A stretch of 64,000 nt of DNA from positions 1 through 64,000 of IMG/VR virus record IMGVR_UViG_3300035698_010610. One strand, written 5' to 3'. Below are positions 37,341 to 46,789 of this stretch, in pieces. Below the pieces are notes generated by a model that ran no database searches, was not told where the DNA came from, and worked only from the letters and a program-made list of their open reading frames with translations. Positions within the stretch are counted from its first letter, which is position 1, and every line of letters starts with the position of its first letter. The translations under genes were made by a program, and so were the position numbers. This stretch comes from a virus.

Positions 37341-37623
37341 CATCTCGGCTTGCCCTGACGGGCGTGAGAATAGTAGTCGGGCGGAAGATTAGCAACAACC
37401 CAGGCCCAGTCGGTCCCCCACTTCAAGGATGAATTGGGAAAGCAACCTCTTCGCAAAATCTCGCGAGCCCTCAAGAACGATCCCAGCAGTGGGAGTAACC
37501 GTCGGGCAAGCTCGCGGATGAGATACGCGAGACCTACTACCGCTCAACGGGAATTGAGCGGGATGGGGTATTCACCAACGAGCGGCCACAGCGCACAAAT
37601 GACTCGTCGGTGATTGCCCCATC
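37341..37623 (+). ncRNA. candidate structured leader RNA
   Basis: 37348-61 pairs with 37499-511; hairpins at 37540-61 and 37562-623; no credible ORF. Confidence 0.5.
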
Positions 37624-37673
37624 AGGGTCGCACGGGACTGGCACCCGTGCCTGATGAGCTGCCTCGAAACCCT
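37624..37673 (+). ncRNA. type III hammerhead ribozyme
   Basis: AGGGU-C^-GCACGGG(ACUGGCA)CCCGUGC-CUGAUGA-G(CUGCCU)C-GAA-ACCCU; complete core; loop GGCA/UGCC complementarity. Confidence 0.8.
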
Positions 37674-37689
37674 AACCCGGAGAGTAACA

Positions 37690-37941
37690 ATGACACGCCG
37701 AACCTTCATGGCCCGCCTGGAATCTGCCACCAACCTGATCCCGGACAGGATCACGCGGAAAAAGGATGGGACGGTCGAATGCAAGAAGTCGTACTTCTAC
37801 CGCAACCGTGGACAAGACGCTCGGGACGGTGAGCGGCTGGCGGCTGCATTCCCCGAAGCCACCATCACCACCCGGGACGACTATCGGAACCACCCAGCAA
37901 TATCGTACTTCGTTCACGTTCTCACCTTCCCCGTTGCCTGA
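37690..37941 (+). CDS. hypothetical early protein
   Basis: ACCCGGAGAG RBS. Confidence 0.6.
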   Translation: MTRRTFMARLESATNLIPDRITRKKDGTVECKKSYFYRNRGQDARDGERLAAAFPEATITTRDDYRNHPAISYFVHVLTFPVA

Positions 37942-37978
37942 CAATCACCTGCCCTGCCCCCTAGCCTGGAGAGAAACG

Positions 37979-38419
37979 ATGAAGACCAAACGAGCCGCCA
38001 TCAGCCGCAAAGAGTTGTTCGCTGTCGCCGCCACCGAGAGCCGTCGGGCTGCCACGACGACCAAGACCGCGAAGAACATTTTCCCCAAGATCAAGACCAA
38101 GGGGGGCGGCTATACCGTCGGCATCCGATTCATGGACGAAGCCCGCGGCGAGCGGTACTTCGACACAGAATGGAGCGTCACCGCTTGGCACGAAGCTGGT
38201 TCGTTCTCTATTCCCTGTCCTGTCTCCTATAACGGACGGATGATCTGGCAGGACCCCGCTGGCAACAGTATCGGCCGCGATATCCGCGTGGGCGACACAC
38301 TGAGCTTGACAATCACCCGCTGGTCAATGCGGGGCCGCAGCGAAACGCTTGGTCGCAGCATCACGGTCAAAGCCGTGGCGGTGGGCGACGCTGGCGACTA
38401 TGTCACCATCACGTACTAG
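37979..38419 (+). CDS. hypothetical early protein
   Basis: GGAGAG RBS before MKTKR. Confidence 0.6.
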   Translation: MKTKRAAISRKELFAVAATESRRAATTTKTAKNIFPKIKTKGGGYTVGIRFMDEARGERYFDTEWSVTAWHEAGSFSIPCPVSYNGRMIWQDPAGNSIGRDIRVGDTLSLTITRWSMRGRSETLGRSITVKAVAVGDAGDYVTITY

Positions 38420-38456
38420 CTTTTACACCACGCAACCGTCTACATTGGAGAGAGCC

Positions 38457-38777
38457 GTGTCATACCCTACCGGATGCACCATTGCTGATTTCTGCCCGGT
38501 CGACAGTTGCGAAGTCCGCCTGCACCGTCACGTCCGACCTGACGGTTGGGCATACGGCTCCAGCCTGACCCCGAGCAATTGGGACCGTGCAGCTTTCTAC
38601 CTGCCAACGCACAGCATTGGACCTGTCAAAGAGCTTGCTGTCAACATCATCGTAACCGGCCGCACCATCCAGCGCGACAACGGTTGCAACGTGGTCCGAG
38701 TGATGATCGAGTTCGTCGGTGACGGCGAGCCGTCCACAATCGTGCGCGGTTGGATGGACGTTGCTGACACCGTTTGA
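38457..38777 (+). CDS. hypothetical early protein
   Basis: GGAGAG RBS, GTG start. Confidence 0.55.
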   Translation: MSYPTGCTIADFCPVDSCEVRLHRHVRPDGWAYGSSLTPSNWDRAAFYLPTHSIGPVKELAVNIIVTGRTIQRDNGCNVVRVMIEFVGDGEPSTIVRGWMDVADTV

Positions 38778-39013
38778 CTCCCTCCCTGGCCTGCCTGCGT
38801 AACCGGGCATCGCAACCCGGCAGGCCACTTCTGCTTTACCCCCTCACCTTTCAGGGAGGAAACGATGGGCGCAATCGTCAACAGGACCGCAGAGGCCGTG
38901 CTGAAGGCCGAGTACGATGAAGGATTGCGGGTCGCGAGGGTGATTACCCGCTGCGGTATGTTTTAACCGCAGACCTATTGCCTCCAACCTTTACCCCACG
39001 CGGGAGAACAGTC

Positions 39014-39250
39014 ATGGCACCGTACCGACAAGCAACCGTTCTGACACCGAAAACTTTTGCTCGCTTTTTGTCAACAGCCGCCCACGAGTCGCTCACGGAC
39101 GAACACGCATCCAAGTTCCTCCAAAACGTCCACGAAATCTTGACCGACTACTCGATGTCGGTGCAGCTTCACGGGGACGTGCCCCCGAAAGCTCGACGCT
39201 TCGAGGACTTCGCGGACGCAGCTACTGAACACCTGGAAGATTTGATCTAG
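39014..39250 (+). CDS. hypothetical protein
   Basis: GGGAGA RBS. Confidence 0.55.
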   Translation: MAPYRQATVLTPKTFARFLSTAAHESLTDEHASKFLQNVHEILTDYSMSVQLHGDVPPKARRFEDFADAATEHLEDLI

Positions 39251-39324
39251 CGACCGTTCGTTTTTCTGCCCGTTCATGCAAGCTGGTGCATCGCCAGCCT
39301 GCCACCACAACAAGGGAGAGTACA

Positions 39325-40032
39325 ATGGCAAACGCAACCACCACCGACCTGCATTCTGGTGACCTCGTTGACCTCCGCCCCTCCGCCTTGGCTGCCCTGG
39401 CCCTCGACCCCAAAGCCGAGAACAACCTCAAAGCCTACGTCTCGCGGGTAGTGAAAAACGGCCGCGTAGCTGTCCGCACCGCCAACGGGGACAACATCAA
39501 ACTTGACCGCAAAGACATGCGGCCCCACGAGACGAGCATGCAGCGGGAAACCCGCCGCGTAAATGACCTGGAAGCTGCTGCCAGTGCGTGCCGCGAAGAA
39601 TTGTCGGCCTGGACGGCTACCATCGAGAAAGCCGTAGCGGATCGCCGCGAGCGGTTGGAGCAAGTCGCCGAAGGGGTGGAGTCCATCACGGAGTGGGTGA
39701 GGTGGCACGCTGAGGACGCAGTCCGAGATGAGGCTATATTGGCTCACGCCGACCGCTTCGGGCTGCTCACCGTCGTTGAGAGGGCCTTGAGGGGCGACCT
39801 GGCGTTGGTTGACGCAGGACGCAAATTCGAGGAGATCGAAACCCTGATGACCAAGCAGTTGATCGAGTCGCCGTACCGTCATTCATCGTCGTCCCACGCC
39901 TCCACTTTGACCGAAGCAATCGGCGTTGAGGCCCTGGCCAAACTCCTCCAATCGTACGGGGTCCGAGCCACCCCGCGCAGCATCATGCAATGGCACTTCT
40001 CTACTGCTGACACGATCGCAAAAGCGTGGTAG
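39325..40032 (+). CDS. hypothetical protein (SH3-like N-terminus plus helical region)
   Basis: GGGAGAG RBS; 235 aa. Confidence 0.65.
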   Translation: MANATTTDLHSGDLVDLRPSALAALALDPKAENNLKAYVSRVVKNGRVAVRTANGDNIKLDRKDMRPHETSMQRETRRVNDLEAAASACREELSAWTATIEKAVADRRERLEQVAEGVESITEWVRWHAEDAVRDEAILAHADRFGLLTVVERALRGDLALVDAGRKFEEIETLMTKQLIESPYRHSSSSHASTLTEAIGVEALAKLLQSYGVRATPRSIMQWHFSTADTIAKAW

Positions 40033-40108
40033 CACTTGCAGCAGCCGGGGTCGCCTACACGAGGGCGGCCCTTTCACCTACGCCTGCTGACCCCCGAACC
40101 CGGAGAGT

Positions 40109-40351
40109 ATGATGAACGATAAACTCACCTTTCAGCCGAAAGATACGACCAAGTGGGGTCACGACACCGTAGCCCTGTACCGACGCTACAATAATTTCTT
40201 CGAGGCGGTGGAGGACCGGGACTCACTCCGCAGGCATGGATGGTTCGTTGATTCGGCTTACCCCCACGCTTACCTCACCGGCTGGGAAACCCACGCCGTC
40301 ATCGCCGTCACCCACCAAACCCCGACCCGGCGTAGTTGCGCGTCCACCTAA
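40109..40351 (+). CDS. hypothetical protein
   Basis: ACCCGGAGAG RBS. Confidence 0.55.
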   Translation: MMNDKLTFQPKDTTKWGHDTVALYRRYNNFFEAVEDRDSLRRHGWFVDSAYPHAYLTGWETHAVIAVTHQTPTRRSCAST

Positions 40352-40382
40352 CAACACGGCTGCACAACCAAGGAGAGAAGCG

Positions 40383-40673
40383 ATGACATCCACAAGCGAT
40401 GTGCGGATCGAATGCAATCGCCTAGGCCTCTCGCTGGAGGACGACAAAGACAGTCAGTGCTATCGCGCGACCGCACCGGAAGGCCGCCGATTCGAGCCTG
40501 ACCTGCACGAGCTAATCGCGGTGTATGGTGGTGGTTTCGTTGGAAACGGTGCTGCCAAGGTGGAGGCGCGGATTGACCTCCTCGGCCGCTTGCGGGACTA
40601 CCGCAGCTTGGAGCCCTGCGACAATCCAGATTGCGACTGGTGCCACCCTGTTCCTGACCCGGCCGACACTTGA
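40383..40673 (+). CDS. hypothetical protein with C-terminal Cys cluster
   Basis: GGAGAG RBS; CDNPDCDWC. Confidence 0.55.
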   Translation: MTSTSDVRIECNRLGLSLEDDKDSQCYRATAPEGRRFEPDLHELIAVYGGGFVGNGAAKVEARIDLLGRLRDYRSLEPCDNPDCDWCHPVPDPADT

Positions 40674-40693
40674 CCCCAAAAAGGAAAGAAGCG

Positions 40694-41002
40694 ATGCACG
40701 TCCAGACGCGATTCAAGGAAGTGCTGACAAGTCGTCGATGGCACGTCGAAATCACCTGGAAAGTCTCGGCTGAAGTGACACTACCAATGGGGCAAATCGA
40801 CCTCCAGACCCTTTCGCCCATCCGTGTTGTTTGCCGAGACGTTCACGACCGCGTCCGCTGGATCGAGCCAATCGGCCCCCGTATGTCTACCGCGATGTCT
40901 CAGGGTTGTATGCGACGGTCGCGCAATCAAGAGAAGACGTGGCTTTGCCTTTGCAAAGCCTTGTACCAGGAAGCCCGCAATCAAGAGGAGAGAAGTCGAT
41001 GA
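40694..41002 (+). CDS. hypothetical protein
   Basis: AAGGA RBS; coupled to the next gene. Confidence 0.45.
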   Translation: MHVQTRFKEVLTSRRWHVEITWKVSAEVTLPMGQIDLQTLSPIRVVCRDVHDRVRWIEPIGPRMSTAMSQGCMRRSRNQEKTWLCLCKALYQEARNQEERSR

Positions 41003-41205
41003 CCACGTTCACGCCGCAGGCCGCGCACCGCCAGGGATTCCGCGACGGCGCCGCAGGCCGCCAAACCAACTGCTCGCTGGCTGGGCATCGCGACCAATGC
41101 ATCGGCGACGCCTACCTGGATGGATGGGAACTCGGATGCTCGCGACACGCTGACACGCCAGACAACCGCGAGGCCGTCGCCCGACGGATCGCCGTCACCA
41201 ACTGA
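40999..41205 (+). CDS. small hypothetical protein
   Basis: AHRQGFRDG...AYLDGWELG; GAGGAG RBS. Confidence 0.5.
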   Translation: MTTFTPQAAHRQGFRDGAAGRQTNCSLAGHRDQCIGDAYLDGWELGCSRHADTPDNREAVARRIAVTN

Positions 41206-41225
41206 CCCCGACCCGGAGAGAAGCA

Positions 41226-41630
41226 ATGAACGCAACCGACCCGATGACACCAGCAACCCATAACGGCATTTTCACCGTCACGTCTGCCGCCTCCGGCAGC
41301 CATCGGACATTCCGCATCAAAACGCAGAGGGACGACTCCACCTTCGCACCCGGAGAGCGGGTCGTCGCCCTACTGACCGGGGCGGACAACAGCCACGACT
41401 GTAAGGGGTTCGGGTTCATCAAACCCGACGGCCGCATCATCGTCTGGAAGAAACATCGCGGGACGGACATGGAACGGTTCGCCCGAATGCTCGAACGACT
41501 CGACGCCCACGAGGCCGCCGGGCACGTCCAGGTACAGGTTGAGGGGCGTTGCCGCCGATGTAACCGCCGCCTGACTACCCCCGAATCCGTTGCCGCCGGA
41601 ATCGGCCCGGTCTGCGACGGCCGCGACTGA
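41226..41630 (+). CDS. DUF6011-like zinc-binding phage protein
   Basis: GRCRRCNRRLTTPESVAAGIGPVC. Confidence 0.75.
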   Translation: MNATDPMTPATHNGIFTVTSAASGSHRTFRIKTQRDDSTFAPGERVVALLTGADNSHDCKGFGFIKPDGRIIVWKKHRGTDMERFARMLERLDAHEAAGHVQVQVEGRCRRCNRRLTTPESVAAGIGPVCDGRD

Positions 41631-41657
41631 ACCAACCGCCAACCCGGAGACTGAACA

Positions 41658-41957
41658 ATGCCACGCACATCGCTCGCTGATAACGTCGATCAACTCGGAT
41701 GGATCAAGGCTAAGATCGCCAACCTCAAACAGCGAGAGGACCAACTGAAGGCCGTCATCGTTGCGAGCGGGAAAACTGCCGCCGAGGGCAACCTATTTCG
41801 CGTCACCGTGTCGCGGTCCGAGGTCGCCGCCATCGACTGGAAGGCCATCGCAGCAAAAATGCACCCATCCGTGCAACTGATAACGGCGCACACATCGCAC
41901 GCCGACCGGGACACGGTCCGCTGCGTTGCCAAGACCGGCCGACCCGCGACCGCTTGA
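41658..41957 (+). CDS. phage hypothetical protein
   Basis: VDQLGWIKAKIANLK...EGNLFRVTV; RBS motif. Confidence 0.6.
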   Translation: MPRTSLADNVDQLGWIKAKIANLKQREDQLKAVIVASGKTAAEGNLFRVTVSRSEVAAIDWKAIAAKMHPSVQLITAHTSHADRDTVRCVAKTGRPATA

Positions 41958-42033
41958 CCTACTCGGCTGGGTGACGGCGACCGTCCACCGTTGGGCGGTC
42001 GCCACTTTTCAACCGCAAGCCCAAGGGAGAATA

Positions 42034-42327
42034 ATGCCCATCACGTTCGACTGGACCGAGGAAATTGACACCCCCGACTTGTTCCTCAGAATCGAATACG
42101 AGATCACGGCGCACGAGGTCGGACCGGCCGACGGCTGGGCCATCGACGAAGCGTTCGCCGTCGGCGTTGCGTCCCAACCGGCAGGCACCGACCCGGCCCC
42201 CATTCCTATCAATGACGGCCTGAGCGGCGAACTCGGTGTTGCCCTGCTGCGGCGGGCGCGGAGGAATTGGGAGCTAGAAACCGAACTGCGGGACGCCGCC
42301 GAGCGTCATCACAACAGCACCCTCTGA
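42034..42327 (+). CDS. hypothetical protein
   Basis: GGGAGA RBS. Confidence 0.55.
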   Translation: MPITFDWTEEIDTPDLFLRIEYEITAHEVGPADGWAIDEAFAVGVASQPAGTDPAPIPINDGLSGELGVALLRRARRNWELETELRDAAERHHNSTL

Positions 42328-42340
42328 CCCGGAGAGATTG

Positions 42341-42595
42341 ATGATCGCCTCAACGTACGTCTACCGGTACAACGGCCACTGGCGAAACCCACTGAGCCCG
42401 GCCCGGCAATACTGCTCGCGTATCGCCGCAACTATGGCTATGCTCAATACCGCCACTGACCTGCTGGCTAGTGCCAACGAGCAACTGAACAAAGCCAACG
42501 CCAACCCTGACCCGGACGTTTTTACTGCACGGCGATTGGACGCTCGCGAATACGTTGAAGGCTCGTTTCCCGTTGACCCCGACCAAGGAGAGTGA
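42341..42595 (+). CDS. hypothetical protein
   Basis: ACCCGGAGAG RBS. Confidence 0.5.
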   Translation: MIASTYVYRYNGHWRNPLSPARQYCSRIAATMAMLNTATDLLASANEQLNKANANPDPDVFTARRLDAREYVEGSFPVDPDQGE

Positions 42596-42598
42596 GTA

Positions 42599-44170
42599 AT
42601 GAAACTGATCGACAAAGTAAAACACGCCCGCCGCGTTTCCGTGCCGCTGGTCGGGATTACAACCGCCGATCCGATGGCGACGATGCGGTCCCTGGCTAAT
42701 GGCCTGCAAAACGGCCCTATCGTCGCGTGGGACTGTGTCCGTGGGTTGTGGGGCGTCAATACCGGCGGGGACGAATTGGCTGACGTCCTCAACGAAGGGG
42801 CTGCCCCCGAAGATCGCGGCGGCTCCCCGATGGAGGTGCTGGAGTTGGGACTGCGGACGAACTCGGACGGAACACCCCGCATTCCGGCCGAGTCCATCAT
42901 CGTGATTCTGCAAGCCGGTGCCTACATCGAACGGCCGGAGGTTCAGCAAGGCGTCTGGAATCTGCGAGACCTGTTCAAACAGGACCGCCGAATGCTCATC
43001 TTGATGGACGCTGGTTTGCAACTGCCCGCGTTCATCAAGGACGACATTGTCCTGATGGAAGACCCGTTGCCAGGCCCGGATGAACTGAAAGCGATCATCA
43101 CGGACATTGACGCCGCTGCCAACAAATGCCCTGTTTGCGTCGGGACCAAAAAGGTCGGCGGCCTCACCTGCGAGGAGTGCAAAGGCAGGGGCGTCACGAA
43201 ACGGAAACCGTTGACCGGTCCGCAGATCAGCCACGCCATTGAGGCCGTGCGTGGGCTGCCCGCATTCTCAGCAGAACAAGCGACCGCTATGGCGCTGCGG
43301 AAGAACGGCGTCGACATCGACCACCTGTGGGAGATAAAACGCAAACAGGTCGAGCAAACGCGAGGCTTGAGCGTCTACCGGGGCGGTGAGAAATTCGCGG
43401 CCCTCGGCGGGCTGGGTGCGATCAAAGCGCACCTGTCAGCCATTATGACGGGCCGCAAACCGCCGACATGCATCGTCTGGCTCGACGAAGTTGAGAAGAC
43501 CGGCATCGCCCACACCGGAGACACGAGTGGGGTAAACGCCGATCAGAACGGTGTCCTGTTGACTGAGATGGAAGATCACGACATCTACGGCGTCATGCTC
43601 CTCGGCGTGCCCGGGGCTGGGAAATCGGCGATCTGCAAAGCGGCCGGGGCTGAATTCGGTTGCCCGGTCATTCGCCTTGACCTGGGCGGGATGCAGGGAC
43701 CGCACGTCGGCGAGTCGCAGCAATTCATCAGGCACGCCCTCAAGGTTGTCTGGGCCATCGGCGGCGACTCAACGCTATGGCTGGCCACGAGCAACTCCAT
43801 CGACGGGCTCGACGCCGCGATGCGTAGCCGGTTTTGCGATACGTTCTTTTTCGACCTGCCGAGCAAAGCGGAGCGGTCTGCGATCTGGAAAGTCTGGTTG
43901 GATCTTTACCCGGACGTTGATGGATCAGAGAAGCCGAGCGATGATGGATGGGTCGGCCGAAACATCCGGCGATGCGTCGAGAAGGCGTGGCGGATGAACG
44001 TGTCGCTAACGGACGCGGCGAAGGCTGTCCTGCCGGTCGGACGTTTGGAAGCGGAAACCATTGACCGGCTCCGCTCCGGTGCCCATAAGCGATACCTCGA
44101 CGCGACCCGCGAAGGCGTCTACGAGAAACCCCGCACTGCGACTCGGTCGCGAGCGGTTGACATAGCGTAG
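42599..44170 (+). CDS. AAA+ ATPase (Ycf46-like)
   Basis: Walker A GVPGAGKS, LATSNSI, RF...FFFDLP; inserted CPVC...CEECKG zinc finger. Confidence 0.85.
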   Translation: MKLIDKVKHARRVSVPLVGITTADPMATMRSLANGLQNGPIVAWDCVRGLWGVNTGGDELADVLNEGAAPEDRGGSPMEVLELGLRTNSDGTPRIPAESIIVILQAGAYIERPEVQQGVWNLRDLFKQDRRMLILMDAGLQLPAFIKDDIVLMEDPLPGPDELKAIITDIDAAANKCPVCVGTKKVGGLTCEECKGRGVTKRKPLTGPQISHAIEAVRGLPAFSAEQATAMALRKNGVDIDHLWEIKRKQVEQTRGLSVYRGGEKFAALGGLGAIKAHLSAIMTGRKPPTCIVWLDEVEKTGIAHTGDTSGVNADQNGVLLTEMEDHDIYGVMLLGVPGAGKSAICKAAGAEFGCPVIRLDLGGMQGPHVGESQQFIRHALKVVWAIGGDSTLWLATSNSIDGLDAAMRSRFCDTFFFDLPSKAERSAIWKVWLDLYPDVDGSEKPSDDGWVGRNIRRCVEKAWRMNVSLTDAAKAVLPVGRLEAETIDRLRSGAHKRYLDATREGVYEKPRTATRSRAVDIA

Positions 44171-44229
44171 CCCGGGCAGGGAAGGGGCTTTTTCCTGCAT
44201 CCCGCCAACAACCAACTGGAGAAAAACCG

Positions 44230-45123
44230 ATGAGCGTTCTGAATGAAAACACCGTCGTCCTTGATGTCTGCTTCCGTCGTCCGGGGATCAGCCGCAAAGG
44301 AGCCCTCGATCGGGTAGTAACCGAGGCTGACAAAGGCATGTTGCGGCTCGGCAAACAGATCGTCGTGTCTGAGGAATATGTCGCCGTGAACGGCGTCGTT
44401 TCCAAGTTCAAGCGGTGGGTGGAGACGCGAGCCGTCCCTACAGGCGGGCTCAGGGAGGGTGCATACCGCATCCCAGTTGACTTACTCCCCAACGTCTACG
44501 CCCGGCTGGAAGAAACGAAAGCGGCGTACGCAGTTGCTGCCGACAAATTCTGTGCAGCTTTCCCTGAGTTGAAAGCCAAAGCGAAACTGGCCCTCGCTGA
44601 CCAGTACGACGAAAGCAACTACGCCAGCCCGGAACGACTCCGTGCCGCATTCCGGGTCGAGCATCGCCTGATCGACTACGGGGTGCCTGACGCTGCGAAA
44701 TTGGGCGAAGCGATCCACAACATTGAGGCCACTGCGGCCGACAAGGAGTTGCATGAAGCAGCCGAAGTCTGCAAGCTCGCCCTCCGCACTTCGATGCTTG
44801 ACATTATGAAGCGGTTGCAAAGCGCTTTGACAATTCGTGCTGACGGGAAAAAGGGCACGCTGCGTGACGCAACGTACGACCAGATTACCGAATTCCTTGA
44901 CTTGTTCCACAAGCGGGACATCTTCAGCGACGCCGCCACGAAAGACCTTGTTGCGAAAGCAAAGGGAGTCCTGTCCGGGACTGACGGCTTTGTTTCGGCT
45001 GATGAATTGCGGACCAACGAGGGCTTTCGGTTGCAAGCCGCAACCACAACAAGCGAAATCGTTGCAACACTCAGTATGCTGGTTGAAACGTCAACCGCCC
45101 GTGCCATCCAATTGCCCGATTAA
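44230..45123 (+). CDS. DUF3150-like protein
   Basis: GAYRIP, LADQYDESNY; context next to the AAA and DUF1257/DUF2997-like genes. Confidence 0.55.
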   Translation: MSVLNENTVVLDVCFRRPGISRKGALDRVVTEADKGMLRLGKQIVVSEEYVAVNGVVSKFKRWVETRAVPTGGLREGAYRIPVDLLPNVYARLEETKAAYAVAADKFCAAFPELKAKAKLALADQYDESNYASPERLRAAFRVEHRLIDYGVPDAAKLGEAIHNIEATAADKELHEAAEVCKLALRTSMLDIMKRLQSALTIRADGKKGTLRDATYDQITEFLDLFHKRDIFSDAATKDLVAKAKGVLSGTDGFVSADELRTNEGFRLQAATTTSEIVATLSMLVETSTARAIQLPD

Positions 45124-45152
45124 CACCAAACCCCAGGAAAGCGAGGTGCGTC

Positions 45153-45611
45153 ATTTCACACGTTGCCAAAATCGACATGGCGATAAAAGACCTCGCCGCC
45201 TTTGCTAAGGCGGTGGAACTACTCGGCGGAACTTACCACCCCGCCAAGACAAAGTGGCGATGGTTCGGGACGTGGGTGCAGGACTACAACGAGGGCGACG
45301 CCGCCTACAAACACGGTATCGACCCGAAGCGGTACGGAACCGCTGACGCTGGCGTTGTCACGATGCCCGGTTGCAATTGGGATGTCGGCATTTACAAGCA
45401 CCCGACCAAGCCGGGCGTCTACGTTCCCGTGTTTGATTTCTTCACTGGCGGACACGGGCTGGTCAAGGCCCTCGGCGGGCAGGAATTGCAGGGGCTCAAA
45501 ATCCGATACGCTGCGGAGGTAACAAAGAAGAAACTCCGCAAAAATGGATACAAGGTCAGGGAGTCGCAGGACAAATGCGGCCGCCCGAAACTGGTCGCCA
45601 CCAAACTCTAA
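45153..45611 (+). CDS. DUF1257-like protein, probable ATT start
   Basis: GAGGT-N5-ATT TCA CAC GTT giving (M)SHVAKIDMAIKDL; RYAAEVTKKKLRKNGYKV. Confidence 0.6.
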   Translation: MSHVAKIDMAIKDLAAFAKAVELLGGTYHPAKTKWRWFGTWVQDYNEGDAAYKHGIDPKRYGTADAGVVTMPGCNWDVGIYKHPTKPGVYVPVFDFFTGGHGLVKALGGQELQGLKIRYAAEVTKKKLRKNGYKVRESQDKCGRPKLVATKL

Positions 45612-45627
45612 CGCGAGGACAATCAAC

Positions 45628-45813
45628 ATGGCGAAGGTCACAGTTGAATTCGACGAGAACGGCAACCCGACTATCGACGTGTCGGGGATGGACGGCAGCG
45701 GGTGCGAAGCGGAGACCCGCGAACTTGAAGAAGCCCTCGGCACCCGAGCGGGCAATACCCGGAAGCCCGAATACCACCGGGCACCGAAGCAGCAACAACG
45801 TCGCAGTCTGTAA
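45628..45813 (+). CDS. DUF2997-like protein
   Basis: VEFDENGNPTIDVSGMDGSGCEAETRELEEALG...KPEY. Confidence 0.75.
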   Translation: MAKVTVEFDENGNPTIDVSGMDGSGCEAETRELEEALGTRAGNTRKPEYHRAPKQQQRRSL

Positions 45814-45839
45814 TATCACCACCCACACGGGAGAGTAAG

Positions 45840-46091
45840 ATGGCGAAGGAAACCGTTCTGCACGTTACGGCCAACGGGCTCGTTCAGTTTATCTGGAACG
45901 ATGAATTGTCCGTACTGCTCGAAGAAGGGCCAGCCGAAGTTCGTCGGGTGTCGCACGTCGAATTCGATGCCAGCACCCAAGGATGGACGGCTGACCTCTC
46001 CCCGGTGAACGGCCCGACGCTCGGACCGTTCCCAACCCGCCAGGACGCCCTGGCGGCCGAAGTCGAATGGCTGCGCGCCAACGACTTTTGA
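45840..46091 (+). CDS. hypothetical protein of the AAA/DUF2997 cluster
   Basis: RRVSHVE...WTADLSPVNGPTLGPF...ALAAEVEWL. Confidence 0.65.
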   Translation: MAKETVLHVTANGLVQFIWNDELSVLLEEGPAEVRRVSHVEFDASTQGWTADLSPVNGPTLGPFPTRQDALAAEVEWLRANDF

Positions 46092-46475
46092 TCGTCCCCC
46101 GAGCAATGCCCGCCGCGTCCGTTGGGCGCGGCGGGCCGAAAGGACTCTATTGCGACACCGCCGCCAACTCTGCAATCGTCAACTGGAGGAATTGGGCATT
46201 CGCCCTACCGCCACATGGCAGGTCGGTGGTCTGCAACCGGGCGATGTTGTCCGGCTGTTGATCGTCGCCGAAGAAGCAGTGCCGCGTGCGATAACCGTCA
46301 CCGTGACGCACGTTATGCACCACGGCCACTACATCGTGGCCCACGCCGTTTGCAAAACGGACGGGCAAGCCGTTGAGTTCCGTTTGCCCGTTGAACGCCC
46401 TGACGAATGGGGCGTTGTCTCTTGCCGACTCGTCACCCGATCAAATACCCAATTGCACCCGTCCCGATGGAGGAG

Positions 46476-46760
46476 ATGATGGTCACAAAAGAACAATTCG
46501 CCGAGGAAGAACGCCGAGCGTCCATCGCATTTATCAACCAGCCCGAAAAGTGGCCGTTGAAATCCGGGCTGCCCATGAAGCGCCGCACCGGGGTGCCGGG
46601 AGAATTGCCCGATCATTGCGTCATCCTGCACCCGCCGTTCGTTGCGGGCGGCCCCGCTGAACTCCATTCGTGGGCTGATGACACTTCCATTTCAAAAGAA
46701 CCGGTCCACACGTACGGCTCGGCCGCCGAATGCGTTGCCGACGGCTGGGTCGTTGACTGA
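46476..46760 (+). CDS. hypothetical protein
   Basis: GGAGG RBS; ends VADGWVVD. Confidence 0.55.
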   Translation: MMVTKEQFAEEERRASIAFINQPEKWPLKSGLPMKRRTGVPGELPDHCVILHPPFVAGGPAELHSWADDTSISKEPVHTYGSAAECVADGWVVD

Positions 46761-46789
46761 ACCGCAACGCCATCACGAGAGGATGGGAC

